From: a virus
Direction: 5' to 3' (one strand)
IMG/VR virus record: IMGVR_UViG_3300031087_000015
Location: 1-64,000 of that record
DNA length: 64,000 nt
Shown here one piece after another: positions 38,417 through 48,418 of the stretch. Below the pieces are notes generated by a model. It saw only the letters and a list, made by a program, of their open reading frames with translations. It searched no databases and had not been told where the DNA came from. The translations under genes and the position numbers were made by a program. Position 1 is the first letter of the stretch. Each line of letters opens with the position of its first letter.

Positions 38417-39040
38417 TTAACCCAGTGTCGCGTTAAACCGTGAAGTCGGATCTTCTTTACCTTTCGCAAGTGCGATACGAACCTGCTCCCAGGTAACAAG
38501 CATGATACCCATTTGCTGGTCATGGTCAAGGAGAGTATCCTCGTCATGGTGCAGATAGGACGTTGCGATGCACGCTTCTTCATCGTCTTCCGACTGCATG
38601 AAGATACCATCAACAACTTGCTCGTACTCGTTATGACCCTCACCCACAACGCCAGGCTGGTAATCGATATAATCTTTACCGTAGCCTTCAACCCGCTGTT
38701 TGTGATAAAGCTCACGCAGTTCGGGTTCAGCCATAACGTACGGCAGCATCTTAGGTGGTGCATGCTGTAGCTGACCAATGTTAGCCAATTCATAGATCTC
38801 ATCGATCGCATACAGACTGGCCACCTTACGCACTGCGGCACGAGCCAAGCGCATTGCATCCGAACCATAGAAACGCTCTACGCTTTCTTTGGTCTTCATC
38901 ACAAACTGCTGTGCTGTAGAGCCTAAGTGCTTAACCGCCTCATCTCGCATTTGGTCCAGATAGTTAGCAAACCCACGATCGCGTTCACCATACAGTAAGT
39001 AGTCAAATGCGGCACTGCCGCCTTCGATTACGTTTGCCAT
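38417..39040 (-). CDS. Conserved hypothetical protein
   Basis: 207 aa ORF in the core block. Confidence 0.75.
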   Translation of the reverse strand: MANVIEGGSAAFDYLLYGERDRGFANYLDQMRDEAVKHLGSTAQQFVMKTKESVERFYGSDAMRLARAAVRKVASLYAIDEIYELANIGQLQHAPPKMLPYVMAEPELRELYHKQRVEGYGKDYIDYQPGVVGEGHNEYEQVVDGIFMQSEDDEEACIATSYLHHDEDTLLDHDQQMGIMLVTWEQVRIALAKGKEDPTSRFNATLG

Positions 39041-39041
39041 T

Positions 39042-39398
39042 TTATACCGCCTTAAACTTGTAGACTACGTACACGCCCCCAGGTTGACCCCGCAGTGAGA
39101 CCGACTCAAGATCTACTGAACGATAAAGCCCTTTAAGGCAAGCTATCGATGCCAGTAAACCTGAGCATAACTGCTCAAACGAGGTGTCCTTTAGGATCTG
39201 ACGTCCGCTAACAGATTCGATGGCAATACCCGCGCCTATTTCAGCTTCGGTAGGCTCTATCGACGTAGCCGAGTTATTCTCACCCGGCTGTTTGATGTAG
39301 TACTCCAATGGTTCACTCGAACCATTGAACACTAACTTAGCAGAATCAATATCGCCAAAGCGTTCAGCGATAAGATCCATGTTAACAACAGCTACCAT
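39042..39398 (-). CDS. Hypothetical protein (first gene after an early promoter)
   Basis: 118 aa with AAGGAG SD. Confidence 0.7.
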   Translation of the reverse strand: MVAVVNMDLIAERFGDIDSAKLVFNGSSEPLEYYIKQPGENNSATSIEPTEAEIGAGIAIESVSGRQILKDTSFEQLCSGLLASIACLKGLYRSVDLESVSLRGQPGGVYVVYKFKAV

Positions 39399-39437
39399 TT
39401 TGGACTCCTTAAACCTGACAGTTTTACTTGTCAGGTG

Positions 39438-39453
39438 ATAATATATATTTCAA
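39438..39453 (-). promoter_or_regulatory. Putative early promoter
   Basis: TTGAAATATATATTAT followed by a leader hairpin ACCTGACA/TGTCAGGT. Confidence 0.7.
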
Positions 39454-39500
39454 TAGTCTTTCGTATTGACACACTATTGAGGTAGCCTGTAGTTTTTAAC

Positions 39501-39809
39501 TTAAGGCTTTAATGCGTAAACGGTGGCCACCAGAAGGAAGCCTTCTTTGGTATACCCCACTTGCATATACTTCACATATTGCTCAGTGGTACCGCCAGTA
39601 GTTTGTTTAATGACCTCCTTTGCAAAGTCATCAAAGCTTTCGCGAGTAAAGTCGGAATAGACCTTACTAACGTGGCGCAGTAGTTCGCTATGCGGGATGG
39701 TCGTACCCAACCCGATACCTACGGCGACATCGTGGCCGGCTTCCCACTGTTCCAGATAAGAATCTGCTGAGCTGTTTACCAGCGATACGTCGGTTTCAAA
39801 CTTGCTCAT
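39501..39809 (-). CDS. Hypothetical protein
   Basis: 102 aa, abuts the upstream gene. Confidence 0.65.
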   Translation of the reverse strand: MSKFETDVSLVNSSADSYLEQWEAGHDVAVGIGLGTTIPHSELLRHVSKVYSDFTRESFDDFAKEVIKQTTGGTTEQYVKYMQVGYTKEGFLLVATVYALKP

Positions 39810-40184
39810 TTATTTACCCGTCCAGTCATTGAAATAATCGCGGTGTCCTGTAGTTAACAGGTCACGCATTTGTTGTTCGGTCATAGGCGCATAACGAACA
39901 ACACTCGCTTTCAGTCGCACCTGGTCACGCTCTTTACTAATGCAAATACTGGCAATAGCGCCAATGGTACCATCGTCGTATTCCATAGCTTCTACCGTTT
40001 CCAGTAGTTTACCCAAAGATTGTACCGTCACATCTGGGGCAGTGATGCTGCTATTAAACCAGTGAGTGCAGCCAGCCGGGAGGTCTTTGTCGCTGATCGT
40101 ACCATAGACGTTCATACCCGCGCGCTGTGCATCGGACAGCAGAACTACAGCTGCGTTGAAGAATGCTTTACTGAGACGTTTCAT
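39810..40184 (-). CDS. Hypothetical protein
   Basis: 124 aa with AAGGA SD. Confidence 0.65.
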   Translation of the reverse strand: MKRLSKAFFNAAVVLLSDAQRAGMNVYGTISDKDLPAGCTHWFNSSITAPDVTVQSLGKLLETVEAMEYDDGTIGAIASICISKERDQVRLKASVVRYAPMTEQQMRDLLTTGHRDYFNDWTGK

Positions 40185-40196
40185 TTGAATCCTTTA

Positions 40197-40484
40197 TTAA
40201 TGAAAGAGGTAACTGGTTACAACAACTAACCCACGGACGCGAGAGAAGCGCATCTCCCCAACGAAAAGAGGCACCGGTGTATTTCTAAACTGCCCACAGA
40301 GTTTGCACAGATACTCGGTCAGGAACGCAGTGTTCATTTCCGGAACAATTGCGCTAAAGACCCCACCCAGACGAATGTTCTCACCCAGCTGTTGCGCATA
40401 AACAACATTTTCCTGTTCGGTTACGTCGGTGGTTTCCATTCGTTTCAGCACGTCAGCTATTTCAATCGCGTTAATGACGCCCAT
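40197..40484 (-). CDS. Hypothetical protein
   Basis: 95 aa in the operon. Confidence 0.6.
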   Translation of the reverse strand: MGVINAIEIADVLKRMETTDVTEQENVVYAQQLGENIRLGGVFSAIVPEMNTAFLTEYLCKLCGQFRNTPVPLFVGEMRFSRVRGLVVVTSYLFH

Positions 40485-40487
40485 CCA

Positions 40488-40880
40488 CTACCCCCAGATT
40501 GCAAAGTAAAGTTCATCTTCTTCGTCGCGCTGGATTTCACGCATACAAGAAGCCAAGTCTAACAGAGGTTGTACCTCATCGAAATAAGTATCGTCTGGCA
40601 GACCTGACAAACGCTTAGCTTCGTTTGTTGCCTCATCGATAATGCCGGACACGCGACTAGGCGTGAGTAGATGATACTCGGATTCACTACCGTTGTTCAG
40701 TACCTTAACCAGTACGTCACGCACTTTGAACATACGACGCTGATAGTACACATCGGTGGTGACCTGCACGATCTCCTGTCCGTCGAACAGTAAACCAGGG
40801 CCGACGGTTTTACCCATTTGCATGTCAGGCAGATGCGACGGGTGCACTCGACCTTTAACAATTGTAATATCTAATCCCAT
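40488..40880 (-). CDS. Hypothetical protein (MGLD-start phage family)
   Basis: 130 aa, AAGGA SD, MGLD...LYF..W pattern. Confidence 0.65.
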   Translation of the reverse strand: MGLDITIVKGRVHPSHLPDMQMGKTVGPGLLFDGQEIVQVTTDVYYQRRMFKVRDVLVKVLNNGSESEYHLLTPSRVSGIIDEATNEAKRLSGLPDDTYFDEVQPLLDLASCMREIQRDEEDELYFAIWG

Positions 40881-40931
40881 TTCATTTCCTTAGTGACAAA
40901 ATAAGTGGCAGGGTTTTACCCCTGCCCGATA

Positions 40932-42425
40932 TTAATCTTCCCCGTACAGCCAGTTAGCAGCTGTGGCCAGGATAGGTGCCGGTATCGTGATGTTACCGGA
41001 TATCTTACGTGGTTGACCTACATCCAACACACCTACGTGTGGGCGCAGTGGTTCCAACATACGACGCATGTAACGGTCAGTAATCAGCTTACCGTTGAGT
41101 GCATCACCATCGAAGTCTGCGTTGAAGCTGACCAGGATAAGCACGGAGATGCCGATCGTTACATCTTTCAGGTCTGTCTTCACTTTCGTGATTTGCAGTA
41201 ACTGAATGGACTTAGACGACAGGGTTGGGTTACGGTTCAGCAACATGGCTGGACCTTTGTCATCTGAATCCGCGATGATCTTCTTAAAGAGGTCATCAAT
41301 CTCCTGGTCGTAGTGCATGGTTGCCCAGTGCAGACGCCGTTCGATCTCATTAGGGTTCAGGCCCTGTGCAGTGAGGTAGTTAGCAATGTGTACCGTAAAG
41401 ATACTCACAGCCAGACCCCATGGTAAATGTACTTCTTCGTAATGGTGCGGTTCAGTGATTGAACTGATTACAGCACGGAACGAGAAGTCTTGGCGTGAAC
41501 CAACACCATGTTTACGGTTCCACCCGCGTTTGGTACCCAGGGAGTCACGGAACTGAATAGCATAATAGCTAGACAGTTGTTTAACCGCTAACACACAACG
41601 GTTCTCACACTTTGTCTGTGAGAGTGGCATTGGTGTAGCACGGATACTGGCGATAGATCGAACTGCATCCAGCGCTGTGCCCGCTGGCGTCTCATTGGAA
41701 TACGTACCGGTTGGGGTATGCTCCATGACAATAGCCAGTTTATTGGGTATCGGTAAGAACTTACAGAATAACCGCGACCGGTTCATCTGAATGAACTCAC
41801 GCATCTTGACACGCATACCTGGCGCGATAGAACGAATGGTTTTACCGTCTGTCAGCAGCTCCATAATCCCATCGAAGTTCTCAATGAAATTATTCAATCC
41901 GCGACGGAAGGGTTCGCCGTTACGCATAGTGTATCCCTGCATGATGTCGAACACTTGCAGGTTATCGCTTTGCGGTCTGTAGCTAGAACTAACCAGCCAC
42001 TCTAAAACGTTGTTGCCGCTGAAGGTTAACAGCTTTGAGAATATCGCCCAGAAGACCGGATTGATTAAACCATGCACCCCCTCAGGTGCTGCAATCCAGA
42101 CATTCGATTCTATCGGTCTCTCTGTGGCAGGGAGTACCATATAGGAGCAGTCTTCGCAGATCTTACCAACGAAGCGTTCGCCTTTCCATTTACCACAGTC
42201 ACAGGACGGCAGTATTGGCAGCGTATCGCCTTTGTAGTTGGTAATCAGTAGTGCGTTGAGCTTCTCTTTCCCTTCAACGGTAGAGGAATCAATGTCGTTA
42301 ACAATAGTCGGACGACAAGACAGCAACGTGATTTCTTTATCGAAGTCCGTTACTTCTTGACTGATGCCGTACTCAATGGGAAGTGAATCCGCATTGATTG
42401 TTAACATAAAGTCTCTTACGCGCAT
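40932..42425 (-). CDS. Non-virion RNA polymerase beta' N-terminal catalytic subunit (phiKZ gp55-56.1-like), uninterrupted
   Basis: Catalytic NADFDGD, NRNPTL, RQDFSFRAVI, Zn ribbon CDCG...CEDC; SD GAGGT. Confidence 0.93.
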   Translation of the reverse strand: MRVRDFMLTINADSLPIEYGISQEVTDFDKEITLLSCRPTIVNDIDSSTVEGKEKLNALLITNYKGDTLPILPSCDCGKWKGERFVGKICEDCSYMVLPATERPIESNVWIAAPEGVHGLINPVFWAIFSKLLTFSGNNVLEWLVSSSYRPQSDNLQVFDIMQGYTMRNGEPFRRGLNNFIENFDGIMELLTDGKTIRSIAPGMRVKMREFIQMNRSRLFCKFLPIPNKLAIVMEHTPTGTYSNETPAGTALDAVRSIASIRATPMPLSQTKCENRCVLAVKQLSSYYAIQFRDSLGTKRGWNRKHGVGSRQDFSFRAVISSITEPHHYEEVHLPWGLAVSIFTVHIANYLTAQGLNPNEIERRLHWATMHYDQEIDDLFKKIIADSDDKGPAMLLNRNPTLSSKSIQLLQITKVKTDLKDVTIGISVLILVSFNADFDGDALNGKLITDRYMRRMLEPLRPHVGVLDVGQPRKISGNITIPAPILATAANWLYGED

Positions 42426-42460
42426 TTAGACCTCACATACAAAAATAGAAAGGCGGACAT

Positions 42461-42482
42461 AAGGGGAGCCGAAGCTCCCCTT
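42461..42482 (-). terminator. Terminator after chmA
   Basis: AAGGGGAGC-cgaa-GCTCCCCTT (UUCG on - strand) followed by ATGTC. Confidence 0.8.
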
Positions 42483-42506
42483 AGTTTTTACATCAAGACG
42501 GTACTA

Positions 42507-44702
42507 TTACTGACCGTACCAGATGTTGCCAGACTGTGGTGCAGCCGGACCACGGTTGCTACGAGCCGGAGAGCTGTAACCGTAGGTGGTCAGGTTGTTC
42601 TGAGGCTTAGCGCCCTGGCCGAATTCGTTAGCGTAAGAGAACGCCATACGATCGTCACCACGCGCAACACGGTCAGCTTCAACCACGTTGATAGTAGTGC
42701 CACATTCAGCGATTGCGTTAGCCAGCGCGTACAGGAAGTGTGCGTTGAAAGTGATACGGTTAGCGTAACCAGTGATGGTTGCGTTAGGTACCAGCTCCAT
42801 GATGATCTTCTCACGCTCTTCCAGAGACAGCGCTTCGTTACCGTTGTAGCTCGCCATCGCATTAGCCCATTTCTGAGCAATGGTGCTGCCGTTCTTACCG
42901 GTCTGGTTCAGAACTGCCAGGTGGTCGATGTTACGCAGGTCAACCAGCTGATCGTTGTCCGGATAGTGACCCAGGTGTACGCGGGTTACTTCGTTTGCAA
43001 CAATCTTGTTGTTCTCACCGAAGTGGCGAGAGAACGCATTGCCGGTCAGTGCATCAGCAGCACGACGGATGTACGAACGAGCAGCTTCACCTTCAGGACC
43101 TTTGTCCGCACACGCCAGCAGCGCAGCTTCCATCCAGGTCAGGTCGCCAGCTTCTTCGATATCCATGCTGTACAGCAGGTTATCTTCCACAGTGTGGTTC
43201 AGGAAGTCAGGCAGGTTGAAGGATTTATCCTGAGTATCGATCTTAGCACGCTGGCCAGGTACGAACTCATGCTCGTAGCCCAGAGCACCGATGTCGTGAA
43301 TATCTTCGACGCCGCGCTTAGGCTGGAACGCATTGATCCAGTTGTAGTTAGAACCCAGAACAGTGGAGGTCGCCAGAGTCAGCAGCATTTCGCCGACGTT
43401 GATGACTTTGCCCATTGGACGGTTACGCGTGATGACCATGCGTGGGAACCATACTACTTTCGCATTCTGCGGAATGCCGTAGCTTGCGTAGGTCTGCTGA
43501 CCGTTGTTGTCCATGCGAGGTGGTGCGTACACCAGATCGATAAACGCGGCCAGTGCAGTTACCGGACGGGTAGCTACGTTCTGAGTCAGGTTGGCAGTCG
43601 CTTTGTTGCCAGAGCGAATGGTAGTTTGCAGCACTACGTCAGAACGGATTGGCAGACCAGCTGCGGTTTCCATTGCGCGAGCACCCCAGACAGCCTGAGC
43701 ATGCAGAGTCTGTGCGATCTTCTCGAAACGACCATCACCCAGAGGTTTAACCAGGCTCAGGAATTTCTGAGAACCGAAGCGCACGTCAGCGGCGGTGTTC
43801 AGTGCACCCAGTGCGAAGAACAGCAGGTTACGAACGTACTTAGCGTTTTCCGGATCTTTCAGGTCCAGAGACTTAGGTACGACGTTAACGCCGGCAGACA
43901 GTACTGCTTCTTTGGTGTTCAGCACGCGCTGGACGTGGCTGGTGATCAGCTGCGCTACCGCATCGTTGAAGATATCGCCGGTTACAGATGCGATCTGGAT
44001 GCTGTAGTTGCCCATGTTGTAGCTGCGACGCTCCAGCGGCTCTGCGCTTTCCATCAGCAGGGTGAATAGCAGTGGGATACGACGACCGTCTTTCTGTGCG
44101 TGCATTACAACACCCAGGGCGTTGCATGGCAGACCCAGAGTTGCCGCTTCCAGAGTCAGGAACATCGGCTTACCGTATGCGCCTGATTTAGAGCTGGCCG
44201 GATCGTTGTCGATGATGTTCTCAGCGATCTTCTTGAACTCGTTGACGTCTACCGCGCCAGAGTTCAGACCCAGCGTACGATCCATGTTGCTGTAAGAGTC
44301 ATCCAGACCGTAAGTTCCGAAGTTCTGTGACATGTTCTTTTCCTCTTTATATGTGTTCTGAGTGTTTTGTGATGCTACGGGTGCCACGCGAGCGGGCTGG
44401 ATTGTTTCGCGGTGTTGACGCGCTGGTTCAGCATGCGGAGTGTGATGTTCCGCACGGTCTACCAACACACCTTCCACTGGTTGGGGTTCTTTCGGTTGCT
44501 GTTGTGCAGCAGCCTTCTGCTGATTGAGATTAGTAGCCGTTTTGACTACAGTCTCCGCCAGATGCGTTTCGCTATCTTTAGCTACCGCATCAAGAAAAGC
44601 TGAACCTAAGCTGCCAACGTGTCCGGTGTCATCAGACTTAATTGGCTCTTCAACTTTCGGCTTTTCAGATTGGTCTTTATCTTTATCGTGGACAAGTGCC
44701 AT
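42507..44702 (-). CDS. chmA: Chimallin, major phage nucleus shell protein; alternative start at 44333
   Basis: Immediately upstream of nvRNAP beta'N; motifs FPRMVIT, DIEEAGDLTW, VHLGHY...DLRNIDHLAVLN; strongly biased codon usage; TATATTAC promoter. Confidence 0.85.
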   Translation of the reverse strand: MALVHDKDKDQSEKPKVEEPIKSDDTGHVGSLGSAFLDAVAKDSETHLAETVVKTATNLNQQKAAAQQQPKEPQPVEGVLVDRAEHHTPHAEPARQHRETIQPARVAPVASQNTQNTYKEEKNMSQNFGTYGLDDSYSNMDRTLGLNSGAVDVNEFKKIAENIIDNDPASSKSGAYGKPMFLTLEAATLGLPCNALGVVMHAQKDGRRIPLLFTLLMESAEPLERRSYNMGNYSIQIASVTGDIFNDAVAQLITSHVQRVLNTKEAVLSAGVNVVPKSLDLKDPENAKYVRNLLFFALGALNTAADVRFGSQKFLSLVKPLGDGRFEKIAQTLHAQAVWGARAMETAAGLPIRSDVVLQTTIRSGNKATANLTQNVATRPVTALAAFIDLVYAPPRMDNNGQQTYASYGIPQNAKVVWFPRMVITRNRPMGKVINVGEMLLTLATSTVLGSNYNWINAFQPKRGVEDIHDIGALGYEHEFVPGQRAKIDTQDKSFNLPDFLNHTVEDNLLYSMDIEEAGDLTWMEAALLACADKGPEGEAARSYIRRAADALTGNAFSRHFGENNKIVANEVTRVHLGHYPDNDQLVDLRNIDHLAVLNQTGKNGSTIAQKWANAMASYNGNEALSLEEREKIIMELVPNATITGYANRITFNAHFLYALANAIAECGTTINVVEADRVARGDDRMAFSYANEFGQGAKPQNNLTTYGYSSPARSNRGPAAPQSGNIWYGQ

Positions 44703-44758
44703 CTTTTCATTCCTTAAACATTGCAATGTTTTCGGTTAGTCCTATACCAACCACTAAG

Positions 44759-44774
44759 GTAATATATACTTGAA
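44759..44774 (-). promoter_or_regulatory. Early promoter of chmA
   Basis: TTCAAGTATATATTAC contains the phiKZ early consensus TATATTAC exactly. Confidence 0.75.
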
Positions 44775-44836
44775 AAATCTTTGGAACTACCCCATAGGGC
44801 ATTGTGCCCGGTTAGGGGCACCCGCAGATTTCTCTA

Positions 44837-44870
44837 CATAGTATATGTCAAAATCTGGAGAACTTTTTTA
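44837..44870 (-). promoter_or_regulatory. Possible second (middle/late) promoter upstream of chmA
   Basis: AAAAAAGTTC...ATATACTATG; resembles the sRNA promoter layout, but spacing is slightly longer. Confidence 0.35.
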
Positions 44871-44971
44871 GAATGACTTATATAACCCTAGAAGAGTCTG
44901 ACCTTGCGGGTCAGTAAGCTCTCTATATTATAGAGCAGTCAGTGTAAAAAATTACCTAAGGTGGAGGTTTC

Positions 44972-46063
44972 ATGTATACGTTGTTCGAAACGCCAAACCC
45001 CAGAAAAGCTCCACGCTACTTCTATATGGGGTTTGAAGCCGTACGCCGTCGTTGGAAAGAGAATGTCGTCAGACTGCAAGGTCATTGGAGAACCAGTGGC
45101 TATGCGGTGAAATCGGAACACATTCTTTCTAAGTTGGTTGGCAGTTTCTCCATACCTTTGTACGACGATGTAAGAAAATACCGAGATGCCATTATTGACA
45201 TGTCACCTCAGCTTTGCATGGGTGTTGGTATTGCTGCACCAACTAACGGCACAATCAGTGTAGAGAACCCAGGGTGGTTCTACGGACTGCGCGACAAAGA
45301 ATATCTGCTTTCCGTAGCGGATGACTTTGATGCATATAACGCGGCCTACAATTGGTCTGAGCAACAGCCTCTTAAAGTGTTACGTCACACCTTAACTGAT
45401 CTTAATATGGCACTGCCCAACGGGGACGTACCTGACGTTGCGGATGGTTATGTCATTATAAGTATCAACATCCCGTTACTCGCGGTAATGTACTGGGGTT
45501 GGTGTAAGTCGCAGGTTGAAAAGGAAGCTGGCACAGCTGAACGTATCCAACAGTTTATTGGTCAACACGTTCTTCCTTCTCTCTTGCCCTCACAGACGAA
45601 CGTGGCATTCTTTAACCGTATCATGGCGACACTGAACAATGTTCCGGTGACCCCAGAGAAGCGAGCGAATAGCATTGCCATTGCGACCAACTACACTAAC
45701 ATCGATCGGATCATCGATACTATCCTGAGTGACATGCGAACTAACCACATGACGTTCCATGAGATCTTTGGTTGTATTCCTACGATCACAGACGAGTCTA
45801 TGCTCTCCTTTATACAGACACCGGATACTGTTATCTCCAGACAGAACCAGTGGGCGTTAGAGGCAGCATACATTCCCTATACGTCTTTTGCACTCAATCT
45901 TTCTGCTCTCTTTAACAACACGCAGAACCAGATGGAGCGTAATTACACTTGGCGTTTGGTGAACCGTGTGGTGAACGACAGGCTGTTAGATGCAGCACCC
46001 CGTCGCATACGCAACGATTTGCGCTTTGACTTCGACACGCAAGTTGCGGTGTGGACAAAATAG
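44972..46063 (+). CDS. Conserved hypothetical protein (phiKZ gp52-like position)
   Basis: 363 aa, GGAGGT SD, divergent from chmA. Confidence 0.75.
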   Translation: MYTLFETPNPRKAPRYFYMGFEAVRRRWKENVVRLQGHWRTSGYAVKSEHILSKLVGSFSIPLYDDVRKYRDAIIDMSPQLCMGVGIAAPTNGTISVENPGWFYGLRDKEYLLSVADDFDAYNAAYNWSEQQPLKVLRHTLTDLNMALPNGDVPDVADGYVIISINIPLLAVMYWGWCKSQVEKEAGTAERIQQFIGQHVLPSLLPSQTNVAFFNRIMATLNNVPVTPEKRANSIAIATNYTNIDRIIDTILSDMRTNHMTFHEIFGCIPTITDESMLSFIQTPDTVISRQNQWALEAAYIPYTSFALNLSALFNNTQNQMERNYTWRLVNRVVNDRLLDAAPRRIRNDLRFDFDTQVAVWTK

Positions 46064-46070
46064 ATATCTG

Positions 46071-46111
46071 CCCTCTCTACTCCCGCAAAGGAGTAGAGAG
46101 GGCTTTATGTC
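46071..46111. terminator. Bidirectional terminator
   Basis: CCCTCTCTACTCC-cgcaaa-GGAGTAGAGAGGG followed by CTTTATGTC. Confidence 0.85.
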
Positions 46112-46113
46112 GC

Positions 46114-48240
46114 TTAATGGCGATCAGATATCAAATTACTAATGCGGTCGTCAACGTTAATATAGTAACCTAATGATTCCAATACCAGGTAGTACGCCTC
46201 CATCGTGTTATAGATGATTTTACGCACGTCGATGATACGGGTGATCTCAGGTGGTACACCAGATGACATGACGATGTTTGCTGGCAGCATGATCGTTGTC
46301 ATTGATGTCTTGTCGTAGCGAGCTGCCCAGGTTTTCAGACGCTCGGCCAGGTCCTTATCTTCGATACCTTCAATCCATCCATTGAAGCCAGTTTTGTTAT
46401 TGGCTGCTACTGATGCTTTGATGGCGAAGAACGGAGGTGGATCAGAATGGCCGTATTTATCGGCAAATACCTGCTCCCACAACTCGTAATACGCATACGG
46501 TGAACTTTCTGGTTTGGTATAGAACTCAGGAGCTTTAACCTGTGCTGTGGTTAAGTAACGAGTCTCACCGTTCAGAATACTGTTCTGGATCTCACGCTCA
46601 CGATCGGCAACATCTTTGAGGATCTGCTGCAAATCGATCTGCTCACCGCGAAGGATGGTATCCATGATATCACGGATAAGCTGGGTAGCGCCATTCATGA
46701 TCTCGTCTGGCACTTTGGAGTTCTTAAGCGTTACGCCTTTGACTTCCAGCTCAGGTTCAGTATACACGTTGCCTTCACGCGCTGACATGTATGCAAAGTA
46801 GTGCTTAGCACGCGGTGTCAATGCGAATACAGGGAACATATATTCGTTCTTCATGGAGACCTTGTGGATCTTCTCCGTAACAATACCCATGTTACCAGAG
46901 ATAACTGCCAGGTAATGCTTAACCAGCTGGGAACTGAAATACACCACGATACTTGCGATATCGTTAGATGTTTCAGTGAAGTCCAACTGACCGCGATACC
47001 AGATTGCCCAGTCCTGTACAGTAAAGATGGTTGAGTCAGTATCTGACACGACCGCAGTACGACGAACAGACGACGGGAAGTCTGCAAGTGAGGCAGGAAC
47101 GTTGTCAGTTACCATGAAAGCAGCGTAGTAGGTTGCATACGAAGCAATAGCATCCATTACACCCTTAGCGATAGAAGCAACTTTCTGTAAACGTTCGCCG
47201 TCTTCTTTAACCACGTCCCAAATAGTCGAGCCATTCAAGATGCTACCACAGTAAAGACCAACCAATGCAAACTGGTCGTCATCCAGCGCTTTAATAACAG
47301 CCACCGGATCTTCTACTGGCTCAGTGCGCTTAGTAATCAGACGCGTTAACATCTCACGCATGAACGCCGGGTTGAACTCTTTCAGGTTCCACAGGTCGCC
47401 CATATAACAGAACGCAGCCCGTTGAATTGGTGACAAGCGACTAACCAGTTCAGCAACTTGTGCAAACTTGTCATCAGCGCGCCAATACAAATCGGTAGAG
47501 CGCTTAATGGTGGCCAGGGTTTCTTCAACAGAGGGATAATGAAGATTGAACTCATCCATTGCACGCTGGATCTTCACGTAGTCTGAGTTAGAGACAATCG
47601 AGATGATATTGCTCAGCGTGATATCCAGGTTGTAGTAATGACGGTTGCCGGTAATGAAGCGCTCGTTAGAGGCGTTAGCGGTACCCGATGCAGAACGACA
47701 CACTGAAGTCAGAGTTGAGTGTGAGGACTTATTGTAAAGTGGGGTAGATGCCGATGCGTGAGCACCTGACAAACTGTTGTTCTTTACCTTATAAGTCGTT
47801 TGCAGAATGTTGAAGAAAGTTTTACCTGCTTTGTCACCCGCCATATCAGCAAGGAACATCTTCTTCTTAACATCCTTACGTTTGGCCAAGTTCAATAAGA
47901 TATATTCGGCCAGCAGTGAACGCTTCTCAGCGGGGTTAAAGTAAACTGCCATAGTTGGAGACATGATGCAATTGCGCTCACTCACGGTACGCAGATAACC
48001 CGATACGGTACCTGTATACACATCGCGGTTGCCTTCTGTCTCTTTAGCCAGGTACAGAACACGAGGATCTTTAAACTCATGGCTACCACCAGGACTAATT
48101 GCCGCTTTGACTTTCTCATAGCACTCTTCGTACGGTAATCCTTTCTTAATAGAAAGATACGAAGCTGCGTCGTGCAAGTAGTGCTTAACCATATCAAGGT
48201 CACGACCGTATGACTCTTGTGGTTGTGTAAATAACTGCAT
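46114..48240 (-). CDS. Split family-B DNA polymerase, catalytic subunit with motifs B and C (phiKZ gp50-like)
   Basis: KVKNNSLSG (motif B), SDTDS (motif C), KHY, LEVKGV; start at ATG 48240 with GAGGA SD. Confidence 0.88.
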   Translation of the reverse strand: MQLFTQPQESYGRDLDMVKHYLHDAASYLSIKKGLPYEECYEKVKAAISPGGSHEFKDPRVLYLAKETEGNRDVYTGTVSGYLRTVSERNCIMSPTMAVYFNPAEKRSLLAEYILLNLAKRKDVKKKMFLADMAGDKAGKTFFNILQTTYKVKNNSLSGAHASASTPLYNKSSHSTLTSVCRSASGTANASNERFITGNRHYYNLDITLSNIISIVSNSDYVKIQRAMDEFNLHYPSVEETLATIKRSTDLYWRADDKFAQVAELVSRLSPIQRAAFCYMGDLWNLKEFNPAFMREMLTRLITKRTEPVEDPVAVIKALDDDQFALVGLYCGSILNGSTIWDVVKEDGERLQKVASIAKGVMDAIASYATYYAAFMVTDNVPASLADFPSSVRRTAVVSDTDSTIFTVQDWAIWYRGQLDFTETSNDIASIVVYFSSQLVKHYLAVISGNMGIVTEKIHKVSMKNEYMFPVFALTPRAKHYFAYMSAREGNVYTEPELEVKGVTLKNSKVPDEIMNGATQLIRDIMDTILRGEQIDLQQILKDVADREREIQNSILNGETRYLTTAQVKAPEFYTKPESSPYAYYELWEQVFADKYGHSDPPPFFAIKASVAANNKTGFNGWIEGIEDKDLAERLKTWAARYDKTSMTTIMLPANIVMSSGVPPEITRIIDVRKIIYNTMEAYYLVLESLGYYINVDDRISNLISDRH

Positions 48241-48302
48241 TTTATTTTCCTCACTGTTTACTACGCATACCATCAGCAAGGAAAGTAAAAAAAGAAAAGA
48301 GG

Positions 48303-48409
48303 CATAAAAAGACGGTCCCCGAAGGGACCGTCGAAACGCGCTATTTAAGGAATGTGTACAGCCTAAGGTCCCCCGTTACCCGTAGCGCCCCTGACACAGA
48401 CTGTAACAC
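48303..48409 (-). ncRNA. Candidate sRNA 'sR48'
   Basis: Promoter AAAAGTTGTTAC with 20 nt to the G of TATG; 5' stem GUGU(U)ACAGUCU/AGGCUGUACAC; unpaired AUUCCUUAAAUA; UUCG terminator 48311-48332. Confidence 0.6.
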
Positions 48410-48418
48410 ATATAATAG

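Noticed and set aside
42738-44069. 443-aa ORF antisense to chmA
   Set aside because: Shadow ORF produced by the strong codon bias of a highly expressed gene; no RBS or recognisable motifs.
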